Below, one piece after another: positions 11,247 through 23,560 of a stretch of DNA of 52,340 bases. The stretch is taken from NCBI RefSeq assembly GCF_001194135.2, contig NC_068988.1, positions 34,949,442 through 35,001,781 of the forward strand. The letters are read 5' to 3'. The stretch's first letter is position 1. Each line of letters begins with the position of its first letter. Below the pieces are notes generated by a model that saw nothing but the letters and a program-made list of their open reading frames with translations, did not search any database and was not told the origin of the DNA. Position numbers and translations under genes: made by a program. Source of the DNA: Octopus bimaculoides (taxonomy: Eukaryota).

Positions 11247-12344
11247 TTAAGGTTGTCAATGTTAAATCCACTTATTGAATTGTATGCGTCAATCAACTTT
11301 CTGAAAATAAAACATAATTGCTTGTAATCAATTTTGAATATCAGGAAAGCTTTTTTTTTGTTGCTCCCTCCATTTTCAAAAATGCATATATGCATATGTA
11401 TTTCTATTCATTGCTTGACAATTTCATACTGGGGTTAGGATAAAAAGATGCTTTGAAAATTCTTTTGAATATTAGTGAGCATGCATAGCATCAAAGAACA
11501 ATTTTTTTTCCCTTCTTTTGTGCATCATCTTCAACAAACCTCAAAGGTCACCTAAGTTCATCTGTTGATGACCTTCCAGTTTCTGAGTGCAAGCTTTGGG
11601 CAAATCAGTAGAACATAGTAATTATTGATGTATATGGACATTGTAGCCTGAGAGGATTTTTCAGTTTAATCTCTCCTATTGTATATTGGCTCACCATCAT
11701 ATCTTGCAAACACCAAGAGATATGTTGGCAGCTTCTCCTAAATGTCTGATTAAATAGTTCTTGTGTGTGTGTGTCTAAATGTGATGTGTACTGTGTAATT
11801 TTAGTGTACACATATATGTGTGTATGTATGTAGATGTGTTCCAGTGTGATGATGTACTTGAAGAGGCAGATACCTATATCAACAGCACTTCCAACGAATC
11901 GCCATCATCTGTCTTATTCTGGCAACAGCCCTTTGCAAATAAATCAAATACACATAAACACACTTTCACATTCACATGTAGACACACAAACCTGCAACAC
12001 AACATACAAATACCACTCACAAATACACACTCACACCTTCAACATATACAATGCGCAAGCACATCACTCACTCATATCTTCCTGTCTGTCTGTCTGTCTC
12101 TCTCTCATGGTCTGTGTTAGTAAAAGTATCAGAAGGAATGACAAATTCAACTTTGTTGCAATCATTCATTAGGTGTGTGTGTTGTGTGGTTATAGAGTAC
12201 ACTTCTGAACTACATTGTTTTGGGTTCAATTCCATTGCCTGCACAGCACCACAAGCAGGTGACTTCTGCTGTAGTCAGCTAACCAGTCTTGTGAAGGGGT
12301 TTAGTAGATGGACCTGAAAGAAGTCTATCATAAATAGATATGAA

Positions 12345-12595
12345 TATGTATGTGAGAGACTGAGAGTGTATGTGCATGTTTGTGTCTCTTTGTCTTGACT
12401 TCATGTGATTGCTGTAAATGAATGACATTCATTTCCAATATTCAATTAAATTTGTCTGGTTATGGGGAAATATTACCTTACATGGAACCAGATAGGGATT
12501 GGTGACAGGAAGGGTATTTTTCAGAGAACATCTGCTTCAGTCAACTCCACCCAGCCAATATTAGCATGGAAAAAAGACATTAAGACAATGAATAT
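12345..12595 (+). mobile_element. RTE 3' UTR-derived repeat, family E variant
   Basis: 'ggggaaatattaccttac...ggtgacaggaagggtatt...cccagccaatattagcatggaaaaaagacattaa'. Variant copies at 15545-15790 (-) and 27630-27870 (+). Confidence 0.7.
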
Positions 12596-13229
12596 TATTT
12601 TATTATTAACCAAATAGTTATATATATAAATATATATGTGTGTGTGTGTGTGTGTATTGACTTCTATTTCCCTGTTTGCATCACCGAACCATTGTGTGTG
12701 TGTAAGTAGTTTACTGTGTATATATCCAGTGTATAATCCAGTGGACCAAACCCAGGATTTACCCATTGGATGAAATACATTGGGATTAATTAACTCAAAT
12801 AATCCAAAGTGTTCATTACACTTAATGTGGTTAGCCATAACTTCAATTATAATTGAATGCTTGAAATGTACACACCTGGCTATATTAACCCTATCTATCA
12901 CTATATTATATACATATATATGTGTGTGTGTGTATACACTCATGTTTTGAGTTCTATTTTTCTGTTTTCATCATGTATGTGTATATGTCAGTATGAATGT
13001 TTTGATTTTGTGCATTGCATGCAAATATTGAGCTAAAAAATTTGCTGACATCTGTTGACACTCCTTGTCAACAATTCATCCTGTAGTTCTGTGCTTTCAA
13101 AGATGAGTGCAATAAAAATAATTCCTTCATAAATAGATAAAGGTTAGCAACAGGAAGAGCATGCAACTGTAGAACTGTGCCTGAGTAACATGTATTCCTC
13201 AAATTTATTTCACTTTTGTTTTTTCCATA

Positions 13230-13445
13230 TTTCTTTATTGCCCACAAGGGGACAAACAAGGACAGACAGAGGGATTAAGTCGATTACGTCGAACCCAGTG
13301 TGTAACTGGTACTTAATTTATCGACCCCGAAAGGATGAAAGGTAAAGTCGACCTCGGCGGAATTCAAACCCAGAACGTAACGGCAGACGAAATACCGCTA
13401 AGCATTTCGGCCGGCGTGCTAACGTTTGTGCCGGGTTGCCGCCTT
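13230..13445 (-). mobile_element. tRNA-headed SINE family A, young full-length copy
   Basis: On the minus strand it reads 'aaggcggcaacccggcacaaacgttagcacgccggccgaaatgcttagcggt...ttctgggtttgaattccgccgaggtcgactttacctttcatcctttcggggtcgataaattaagtaccag...gggcaataaagaaat'. It has Pol III A/B-box-like motifs and retains many CpGs in a CpG-poor background. Confidence 0.92.
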
Positions 13446-14361
13446 TGTTTTATCCATGCTAAAGAGAAGCATACATAAAATGGTTGTCAAGCACATGAAC
13501 AAACACAAACACACACTTGTGTATACTTGTATGCATATACATGTACATACTGACACGTAATAGTTTGTGTGTGTCTTATATAAACATGCATACATACATG
13601 CTATTGGCTACTTTGGTTTCATTATGCTGTCATATTTTTGTCCAACTATGTTTCTGCACTTCGTCTATACTTTTACACGCTTTTTCTAATACATATATAC
13701 ATATATATATTCAGGAGTAAACAGGCAAAGAGAAGCAGATGTAATGAGTGTATTTACATGGAATACAAATAATCAAAAAGAATGATGCAATAGTCCTAAC
13801 TTAACAGCTGTTTCAGATGACCCACGAGGGCTGCTGTAGCCATGTATATTATGTACATAACATTGCGGGTGTATGGAATAACACAAATTATTATATTTAA
13901 ACCCATGGAGCAAAATCATCCTCTCTGTGTGTGTGTGTGTGTGTGTGTGTGTACGCACGTTTCATGTTCTGCTGTAACTCTTCATTATTAATGTTAATCA
14001 TTTTGATGTTATTTTAATTTCATAATTCACTTATTCTACTTTCTACACATACACTCCACTGTCACCCTATCCTCCGTTCAACATGTAACTCCCATGACCA
14101 GTCATTTAATCTCTTACTATTTTTTGCTTTAATTGTTAATAGCCTGACAACTTCAGTATTTCCAATGCACTACTACTGCTACTACTTGTCTGTTTCTCCC
14201 TTTATTTTCTTTTTGCTATTATTATACTTAGTTTCCAGATGTGTATTTTTGTTCAAAAAGAGAATTGTAAAGTCAGCATCCCCTCCTCCTCAGGTGGTAG
14301 TAATACCAAAACATATAGAGACAAAAGTTACATATAATTTATTATATATAATATCCATACA

Positions 14362-14410
<49 letters not shown>

Positions 14411-14411
<1 letters not shown>

Positions 14412-14785
14412 CAGAAGTGACTGTGGGTAAGAAGTTTGTTTCCCAACAATGTGGTTCATGGTTCAGTCCCCCTGCGTGGCACCTTGGGCAGATGTCTTCT
14501 ACTATAACCTCAGACTGACCAAAGCCTTAAGAGTGGATTTGGTAGACGTATACTGAAAAAAGCCCATCATATATATATATATGTATGTAAGTATGTATGT
14601 ATATTTTTGTGTGTTTGTGAGTCTGTGTTTGGCCCCATCATCGTTTGACAACCTATGTCGGTGTGTTTGCAACCCCATAACTTAGCTGTCTAGCAAAAGA
14701 GACCAATGGAATAAGTACTAGGCTTACAAAGAATAAGTCCTGGGGGCGATTTGGCAAACTAAAGGCAGTGCCCCATCATGGCCAC
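14411..14785 (+). mobile_element. tRNA-headed SINE family B (CORE-like segment, internal TA/TG microsatellite)
   Basis: Head 'gtgactgtgggtaag...tggttcagtccc'. The segment 'ggcaccttgggcagatgtctt' resembles the MIR CORE 'gaccttgggcaagt'. Then a central (TA)/(TG) run and a 3' half 'gacaacc...aataagtactaggcttacaaag...cctggggg cgat'. Confidence 0.85.
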
Positions 14786-15500
14786 ATAGTTCTGGGTTCA
14801 TTCCCATTGCGTGGCACCTTGGCCAAGTGTCTTTTACTATAGCCGCAGTCCGACCAAAGCCTTGTGAGTAGGTTTGGTAGACAAAAACTGATAGAAGCCT
14901 GCCATATATATATATATATATATNNNNNNNNNNNNNNNNNNNNNNNNNNNNNNNNNNNNNNNNNNNNNNNNNNNNNNNNNNNNNNNNNNNNNNNNNNNNN
15001 NNNNNNNNNNNNNNNNNNNNNNNNNNNNNNNNNNNNNNNNNNNNNNNNNNNNNNNNNNNNNNNNNNNNNNNNNNNNNNNNNNNNNNNNNNNNNNNNNNNN
15101 NNNNNNNNNNNNNNNNNNNNNNNGAAAAAAAGACATATTACAAATGTGGCAACATATTAAAACCAAGTGGGAGAGAGCAGAGGAAGAATATATAAGTCCA
15201 TCTTGACATAGCAGGGTCTATCAGGCTAGTATATATATATATATATGTATGTATCTATCTATCTATCTCTCTTCGTGTGTGTGTGTCTGTGTTTGTCCCC
15301 CATCACCATTTGACAACCAGTGTTGATGTGTTTACATCCCTGTAACATAGCAGTTCAGGAAAAGAGACTGATAGAATAAGTAGTAGGCTTCAAAAACTAA
15401 GTCCTGTGGTTGATTTATTTGACTAAAAACCCTTCAAGGCAGTGCTCCAACATGGTCGCAGTCAAATGATTGAAACGAATAAAAGAAGAAAAGAATAAAT
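14786..15500 (+). mobile_element. Second SINE family B copy fused behind the first, interrupted by a gap and ~110 bp of other sequence
   Basis: Head portion 14786-14905, N gap 14924-15123, and 3' half 15270-15500 ending 'ggtcgcagtcaaatgattgaaacgaataaaagaagaaaagaataaa'. Confidence 0.8.
14924..15123. other. Assembly gap (200 N)
   Basis: N run after a (TA)n tract. Confidence 0.99.
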
Positions 15501-15544
15501 TAAAACACATAAGAGAATTTTATGTTGTGCCTTAGGACTAAGCT

Positions 15545-15790
15545 TCATCATCATCATTGGTTTAATATTCACTATTCTATGGTCCCATGGGTTGGACAGA
15601 ATTTCGTTGAGGCAGGTTTTCTGCCGCTGGCTACCCTCCCTGTCATCAACCTTCATTTGTTTCCAGGTGAGGTAATATTTCCCCATGACCTGACATGGTT
15701 TTTATGGAAGATTGGAAATTAAGGACACTGCTTGCATGACGGGAATGCTCATTTGCATCTACCATGTGATGTCAAAGCAAGAAAACAGTA
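15545..15790 (-). mobile_element. RTE 3' UTR-derived repeat, family E variant
   Basis: (CAT)n tail then 'catgggttggacag...ctaccctccctgtcatcaacc...ggtaatatttcccc'. Confidence 0.75.
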
Positions 15791-17149
15791 GCACATGCAT
15801 GCATACATGCATACATGCATACATACATACATATGTCCGTACATATAATTGAGTTCTTTTAATTTCCATTTACTAAATCCACTCGTAAAGCTTTGGTTGA
15901 GTCTTCAATTAATATGAAGATACAAAACAACTAAAATCCAAATGACAATGCTTACATTCATTCTAGCAAGCTCATCTTCTGATGCAAAATACAAACAATA
16001 GGAAGCCACATTCATATTTGAGTCTACTAGAATGTGTGAAGAATGGATGTACACTTCGTAAATTGTTTAGTTTCTATAAATATGTCATACTACTTATTTT
16101 GTTAGTTTGAAAGCCTGAAGTAAATGGTCATCATCACTGTCATTTAATGTCTGCTCTTTTGTATATATGTGGGTTACATGAAATATGCTGAAGCAGATTT
16201 TCTTTGGATGCTTGCTCTTCTTGTCACCATCCCTCACCCGTTTCCAAGCGAGGTCATATATTTTCCTAGCTAAACATGCTTTACACGGAAGGCGAGAGAT
16301 GAATAACCGTATTTTTATGACAAAGATGCTCAAATCTGACCTTGTCTAGACAAGGATGGACATGAGGACACACACATGCATTATATATATGATGGGTTTT
16401 TGCAGTTTCCATCTATCAAATCCACTCACAAGGTTTTGGTCTGTCAGGGGCTTTAGTAGATGACTCTTGCTCAACATGCCGGGAAGCAAGCTTCTTAACC
16501 TCATAGCCATACCTGCACCTCTACTCCACTTATATTTTCAGAACACAACATTTAATATCAATATGATTTGGAGAAGTTGTGCAAATTATGTTCAGTTACT
16601 TCAGTCAGTTACTTTAAGTGACCTTAAAGTACCACAAGAAAAGAAAGGTAGTGTACTTAGATATAGCGTGAATTGAATTTTAAAAGTGTGACTCACTGAA
16701 TAAAATAGTGTCCGAAATTAAATCTGGCATTCTCTTCTTTTGGCATCCATCTTCCCACTGCTTTCATTTGTACAAATAATTACCATGATGGTTTGACACA
16801 TTGGCACAAGGCCATGACTATCATAGATTCAAATGAATATAGTTAATTGAATCAAGCCTAGTATATGATTCAATGACAGAGTAATGATTTCTTATATTGA
16901 TACAAATATCTACTGGTGAGTAAGAACTGATGAATTGATTCAGTATTTTCACTGGTATTTATTTCATGAATGATACTGAAACAAACTTGAGCAACAAAAC
17001 AAAACAAAGTGCTGATATTCTCTGACAAATCATATATATCCACATCTCTTAAATATTCACACACACATACACACACACTATGTTTGAATGTAGTAGAAAC
17101 ATGATTTAAAAGTAGTCAATGCACACATGTCGTGTGTGTTTGTGTGTGT

Positions 17150-17395
17150 ATGGTGCCACTTAAAATACTCCAGTGCCGGTGCTGCATAAATGCACCCATA
17201 CCGGTGGCAAGTGGAAATCACCTAGCACATTCTGTTTAGTGGTTGGCATTAGGAAGGGCATCCAGCCATAGAAGCCATGCTACAACAGACAGTTGGAGTC
17301 TAGACAGCTCACTGCTAGCCAGCTCCATGTCAAATCACCCAACCCATGCCAGCATGGAAAGCAGATATTAAACAATGATGGTGATGATGATGATA
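17150..17395 (+). mobile_element. Family E (RTE-X 3' UTR) copy
   Basis: 'gtggttggcattaggaagggcatccagccatagaagcc...aacccatgccagcatggaaagcagatattaaacaatgatggtgatgatg'. Confidence 0.85.
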
Positions 17396-17584
17396 TATTT
17401 CTGTTGCAAGCTGAGACTAGTGTTTCATTGTAGCTAGTAGTTTCGTAATTATGGCTATCACATAATGAAGTAAAAGGCACTGATAATGTATGCTTCAATC
17501 GATGTTTTCAAGATTTTCAAAAGTAATATGAGAATTTGGTAGAATATATGTTGTTGTGGCACCTTGAAGTTTTGAATTTTATGT

Positions 17585-18255
17585 TGACTGGACACCTGTC
17601 TTGGTACCAAGGTTATGAACAGATGTTAAGGTAAACAAACAGTGTAGGACTATAATGGCCAGAAAGGGGCTGTGGTTTGAGTTCTGATGGATCCTTATAT
17701 GTTAAATTCGTTGCTAAGCTCATTACTGATTTTGTTAACTGTACCTCTTATACATGACTTCTATGACATTCATCAGCCATTTGCCTACACTTAGGTTTCT
17801 TCATGATTACAGAGAATGGTTTCCAGTCAAAGATTCCTGGGTCAACAAATGCTGGGTTTAGGGGCTTTCCCTTGATTAAACAAGTCTCCCGATGTTTGTC
17901 TCATTAGGAAGATAAGTTAGTCTTCCTTTCTTATATAAATTCAAATGGCATCTCATCTTGACTCATTCTCTTCCTAATGACTTGTGCAATAGACAGTTTG
18001 GAACTTTCATAACCTGATTCAACATTTTGATGCATCTGTAATTGCCTCCATCTTGTGCATCTTTACTCTTACAGCTTTTAACAGTTATGTTGCAACACTA
18101 GGCATTGGGTATGATATTTTCTTGTATTATGTGATCAGTGTTGCTAGTGTCTAGTCTGTACATTACTCTGCCAGATAGTTTAAGCATCTTACTGGTAAAT
18201 CCTGATACACAAACTCCCTTCCTAGCTCAATTTCGTTTACTACCAAATGCTTGGA
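17585..18255 (-). mobile_element. Decayed RTE/RTE-X LINE reverse-transcriptase fragment
   Basis: The minus-strand translation, with frameshifts, gives KSCKSKDAQDGGNYRCIKMLNQVMKV..IAQVIRKRMSQDEMPFEF, then a region matching 'L.LAFVDL.KAF', then HQ.S..SP.L.IIVL and TKTG. This is the N-terminal half of an RTE-type RT. Confidence 0.75.
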
Positions 18256-18272
18256 CCCTTCATTGTATTTCC

Positions 18273-18317
<45 letters not shown>

Positions 18318-18504
18318 ATATATATAAATTGTGTGAAGGTACATATAAAGTATGTGATGCATATATATATATATATGAGATGAATAAATATTTTTATTTA
18401 TTTTATTTGTTTGTATGTGTGCGAGTATATATATACACACACACACATCTATTCGGGTTTCGTATATTATACATATATATATATTTATCTGTATATTTAT
18501 ATAT

Positions 18505-18750
18505 NNNNNNNNNNNNNNNNNNNNNNNNNNNNNNNNNNNNNNNNNNNNNNNNNNNNNNNNNNNNNNNNNNNNNNNNNNNNNNNNNNNNNNNNNNNNNNNN
18601 NNNNNNNNNNNNNNNNNNNNNNNNNNNNNNNNNNNNNNNNNNNNNNNNNNNNNNNNNNNNNNNNNNNNNNNNNNNNNNNNNNNNNNNNNNNNNNNNNNNN
18701 NNNNNNNNNNNNNNNNNNNNNNNNNNNNNNNNNNNNNNNNNNNNNNNNNN
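18505..18750. other. Assembly gap (246 N)
   Basis: N run flanked by (TA)n on both sides. Confidence 0.99.
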
Positions 18751-18801
<51 letters not shown>

Positions 18802-19221
18802 CACACCTACACACACAAACATATACATACTCTCTAATATACCTGTGTAAGCAACTGCACTCTCCTGCAGAAATATCTCTTAGAAATATAAAGGAGAGCT
18901 TTTCTGTTGTAGTAGTTGAAATCGGCTTTGCCTGTCTTTTCTCAGTTGCCCTTCTGCATAATTTACACCCCAGCAACAACAGCTGGTGGCTCGCTCATTG
19001 TAACTGTGCATGTCATTGCATATTTATTCTGCGCTATTCACTCGGCCAAACTCTCCGCATCTGTTTATATTCAATATGCTACAGGTGATCTGCAATTCGA
19101 TATAACATGAATGGTGTGTCACTGCACACCTGAATGATCATCTCTGCTGCATTTGTTGTTGTTGGAAGTGGTAGTCTCTCTCCCTCCCTCCCTCTTTCTG
19201 TTTCTCTGCCTTCTCTTCTTG

Positions 19222-19270
<49 letters not shown>

Positions 19271-20107
19271 TTTCTGTGTGTCTTCTTTTCTCTTTTCTGT
19301 CCCACCACCTTACATATGGAAGCATATGCATATGAAACCAACTTGGTCATTCATGCATTGAAAAAACAAAATGCATAAAAACACTGGATGAAGTGCTACT
19401 GGTCGTGCAACTAGTGATAGGGTTAGGTATAGGGTGATGGTGCTTGTTCATAAAGTGGTGGCAGATGTGTTGGTGCTAGTTCATGAAGGGGTGGTGGTGG
19501 TGGTTCATAAGGCATTGGTGATGGTGCTGCTGTTGGTGGTAGCAATCCATTTGGTTGGGGTGGTAGTGGTTTATATAATGTTGAAAGTAATTCATGATAC
19601 AGAATCATTGATGTTGGGTCATAGTGTTGATGGTGGTTGTACAAGTAGCAGTAGAAGGTGGTAGTCACAGCAGTGTTGTTAGTGTGAATGTGTGTGTGTG
19701 TGTGTGGAGGGGCATCACTGATGCTGATATTATTGATGGTAGTGGTTGTGCTATTAATAATTTGTATTAATGTTATTATTGGTGTCAGTGGTGGCGGTGG
19801 TGGTGGTGGTGTATAACCCTCGGTCACTCCTAATTGAGAATATATTTGATCAAAGTGATGATCATCGCATCTTTCTTTGTTAGATATTTAAGACTATATT
19901 TACATAAACATTTTGTTAGGTCTGATTTGAAAGAGCCTTTGTTGCTATTTTTTGCAGTTCCTGCAACCACATAGAGGCTCCTTTATTTGTTCATTTGTGG
20001 TAGGAATGGAAATAGTAGAGATGGTATTGTTTGTGATAATAGTGGTGACATCAATGATTATAATGGTGATGATAGCAGATATTTTTATGCTGTTAATTTC
20101 TTGGTGT

Positions 20108-20335
20108 AAAAGAGTGGTAAATTTGGCAACCTGTTCAAGTATTAGACAAATGCCTTGTGCTGTTTCTTCTTGCTCTTTAGATTCTGAGTTCAAATGTCAC
20201 TGAGGTTAACTTTACCTTCTATTCTTCCGGAGTCAGTAAGATAATGTACTAGTCAAGTGCTAGAATTAATATAATCAATTGTACCCCTCCCCTCCTTGCC
20301 ACTCAAACTTCTGTCTTGTGCCTATATTGATAACA
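20108..20335 (+). mobile_element. SINE family A, degenerate
   Basis: 'attctgagttcaaatgtcactgaggttaactttacc...ataatgtactag...cttgtgcctata'. Confidence 0.7.
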
Positions 20336-20424
20336 GTCACTGTTACTTTCTGAGTGTAAACTGTTTATTGAAATATAAGCCAAATTATGTTGAGTATCAT
20401 TATTATTATTTTGCATTTACATGT

Positions 20425-20640
20425 GTATCTGTTGTAACCCTTTGTGTGGTTCAACCTCTTCAGATCAGTTTTCCTCATTTCTTCACATAACTTTCTCCGT
20501 GTTTCTCTCTTGCAAATTCCTTACACCACAATTGCTTTGCAGTTCTTTACTCAACTACCCACCCTTTTATACAGATCACATGCCCTTACCAGAGAAGCCT
20601 TCTATTTTGCACATTATATCAAATTCCTTTTATATACTGA
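20425..20640 (-). mobile_element. Decayed RTE LINE 3' ORF fragment
   Basis: Minus strand reads RRLLW*GHVI (cf. RRLRWYGHV) and, in a shifted frame, E.MRKTDLKRLN. Confidence 0.6.
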
Positions 20641-20723
20641 TAATTTCTCACAATATACATAAACAAATGTCATATCTCGCTATCCTTTCATTTATACATG
20701 TTCCATCCATCTATTTCACATTA

Positions 20724-21110
20724 TTTTTACCTCCGCCAAGGAAGTAGGTTATGTTTCCATTGGTGTTGGTTTGTCTGTCTGTCCGTCTGTGTGCAAAATA
20801 ACTCAAAAAGTTGTATATAGTATTTGATGAAACTTGCAGGAAAAGTTGATAATGACACAAGGAACAGATGATGAAATTTTGATAGTGATCTGGGAATTTT
20901 TATGGATCCTTGAAGGATTTTTCATTTGTTATATTTACTTTACATTAAGTATTACAATGTTATGTTCTTTGATTATCTCTTTTGAAAACACGTTCATCGT
21001 TTGCACATAACCTATGGTAGCGTTGCTGTTTCCAAAGTTTATTTTTATTTCTCTATTAGTAATTTTAATCGCATATCTATCTTAAAATGAGTTGCTTGGC
21101 AGACGTTTGT
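20724..21110 (+). mobile_element. Non-autonomous Helentron-type element (HINE/DINE-1-like)
   Basis: T-rich start, then 12-bp subterminal IR 'acctccgccaag' (20729-20740) with degenerate partner 'cttggcagacgt' (21095-21106). The internal 'gtttgtctgtctgtccgtctgt' microsatellite is typical of HINEs. Confidence 0.7.
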
Positions 21111-21111
21111 G

Positions 21112-21588
21112 GAGGATGACATGCCAAGACTTGACAATTGGGATCGACTCAAATAGCTCAGGCTTTGCTCCCTTCACCACCGCTGTGAGCTCTATATCAA
21201 GTGTATGAAGTGGAAAATATTCCATCAACATTGCTCATCTTTAAAATTCGTCCAAGGCTTGACCCCTGTGCCATCCATCCACTACAGGAATGTTTGTGTC
21301 GTATCACAACACTATGACAGAACTATTTCACCTCAATTGGCCCTGCTCTCTTCAAAATCATGCCAGATACACATAAAGGAGGAAAATGACTTCACGGCAT
21401 TCAAACGATCCCTAGATGATTACCCACAACAAATACCACCCACATCCAGACATGTCTCTGAAAACAATAATCCTCTGCTTGAATGGACTATGGTTCCCCA
21501 AAGCTGATTGTGTATCTCTTCCAGGTGGTGCTATTAAATTAGACATGGCCTGAGTTAACTTCAGCCGAAACTTATGTAATCTAATCTA
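21112..21588 (+). mobile_element. CR1/L2-group LINE 3' fragment (relative of 5360-6900)
   Basis: Homologous to about 6325-6900 (e.g. MKWKIFHQHC vs MMWKLFQQYC; EENDFTAFKRSLDDY.QQIP vs EEKDFITFKKFLDEYLQQIP). Same 3' block 'ccaggtggtgctattaa...gccgaaac', then an (AATCT)-like tail. Confidence 0.88.
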
Positions 21589-22413
21589 TGCTGTAACCAT
21601 TTAATCAAAGCATGTCAACATGGGTAGAGGTTGATATCTTAACATTTCTGATGGTCTTAAGTATAAAAAAAGATTATTAAAGATTTATATAGAACTACAT
21701 TCAGAGTTTGTCTATAAGCTATTGTGTTTAGACCTGGTTTCTATCCTCAAACTGTTCCATTTTGTAGATGCAAGTTTTTTTGTTTTTTTAATAAAGCATT
21801 CTGAAATTAGAAAAATCAAAAATCTGCAACCATCTTGGTCCTATGAGTATCGGATAAGAGATTTTCAATTGTGTAAAGAAACTGATTGTGGTGATCATAG
21901 TTTTGATGGTGATTGTGGTGAAAGCAGGGACAGATGTTGATAAGCTGAACCAGGTTGGCAAGTGAAACACCATTATTTGTGTATTCTACTGACGTGACAG
22001 GAGCCAATGAAAGAGCCTCTATGTAGTCATGTGACCTCGTAGGAATAGCAGCCAACTCTTACCACACCCTACAGAAAGATATTGGTGGCAAGCATAGTGC
22101 TGATTACACTATAACTACAAGACACTGTGGTAACAGTTAGAGGTCCTTTGACCATATGTTGCTCGGCCGAATCTGGCCTTTGGCTAGATAACGGTGGTGG
22201 GGAGGAACAGTTCAACATTTATAGTCATCCAATTTACATTGTTATGCTGTTGGGTGATTTGTTAGGTGATCAGCAAATTTTCTTGCATCTGAGTATTCCA
22301 CTCTGGATGTTTTATGAATATGGAACATTAGAGCAGCAAGTAATACGTTTTATTTGCAGCTCTCACTGCAATGAACTCTCATCCATCACCTGGTATGCAG
22401 ATATATGTGTATA

Positions 22414-22451
<38 letters not shown>

Positions 22452-23199
22452 TGTGTATACATAAAAATATAAACACTATGTCTTTTTAGGTCTTTTATGT
22501 CATTCTGTTTAGATATTTACATATTGATGGAGTAACCGGTTTTAGGATGGATGCATGTCTTTCTTTGTAACTATCCAACTGTAGAAGTAGATATTGACTT
22601 GCTGTCAGGAAGGCACACTGAAGCAAACCATCATATATGCTTTGTTTTAAGGGTACATATAGGTCAATGAATGTAACAAGTTTTCAGCTTATAACTGTAT
22701 GATCTATAGTCTAAGTAAGTGTTTTTTGAATTTAGTAAATATTATGTCTGTATGAGTACCTTTTATTTAAACAATGAATCTGTGTCAAATTATCTCTTCC
22801 GTCAATGTAAAGAAAGGCAATGTATGTATTCCAAAACTGAATATATTGAACATGCCCATTAAATACTCAATCCGCCATAGACGTCATACAACTGCTTTTT
22901 CTTTTTTTTTTTTTCCTTTCCTGTATTATTTCTATTACAAAGGACTCTAATACATACTGGTTTCCAGTGCTATAGTGATGTTACACACTTGTGCAAGCCT
23001 TATCAGTTGGTCATCTGACAGACTTTAATGGAAAACCCTAACACATAGCAAATCATAAGATACCTACAAATATTTAGCTTCAATGCCAAAAATAATTACA
23101 TCTCTTCAGAAACCAAATACTTGGAAGAGGACAATGAAGAAAGTTTTATATTTTTCTTCTTTTCCTTTTAAGTTTTCTAAAATGGGAACAAGGCTAGCT

Positions 23200-23560
23200 G
23201 TTTTGTAGAGGAAGTTAGGTGATTGCAATATCTCTAGTACTTGACCAATAGTATATATTATCAACTGAAAATATGAAAGGCAAAATTAACCTCAATAAGA
23301 TTTGAACTTTCAATTTTAAGAGTTCAAAGAAATATTGGTTTCAAAATTTGGCACAGGTCTAGCAATTTTGGGTAAAGGGATAGTCGATTACATTGACCCC
23401 AGTACTCAAATAGTACTTATTTTATCAATGTCAAAACGGGTGAAAGGCAAAGTTGAGCTTGGCAGAATTTGAACTCACATCATAAAGATAAATGAAATGC
23501 TGCTAAGCATTTTGCTTAGCATGCTAATGATTCTGCTGTCTTGACACTTTAAGAGAAATA
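23200..23560 (-). mobile_element. Two tandem SINE family A copies
   Basis: 'aaaggcaaaattaacctc..gatttgaact' and 'aaatttggcacagg...gaaaggcaaagttgagcttggcagaatttgaactc...gctaagcattttgc...ctaatgattctgc'. Confidence 0.75.

Noticed and set aside
14239-14293. Possible + strand exon (acceptor gtttccag, donor CAG|gtggta), and a similar one at about 50379
   Set aside because: The donors are weak or absent, the peptides are uninformative, and no compatible exon chain was found.
15640-15680. Acceptor/donor pair 'tttgtttccag GTGAG gtaata'
   Set aside because: It lies inside a multicopy family E variant, so these are cryptic TE-borne signals without other support.
6854-19088. Long ORFs containing X runs (6854-7130, 14837-15166, 18251-19088)
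   Set aside because: They are only open because they cross N gaps.
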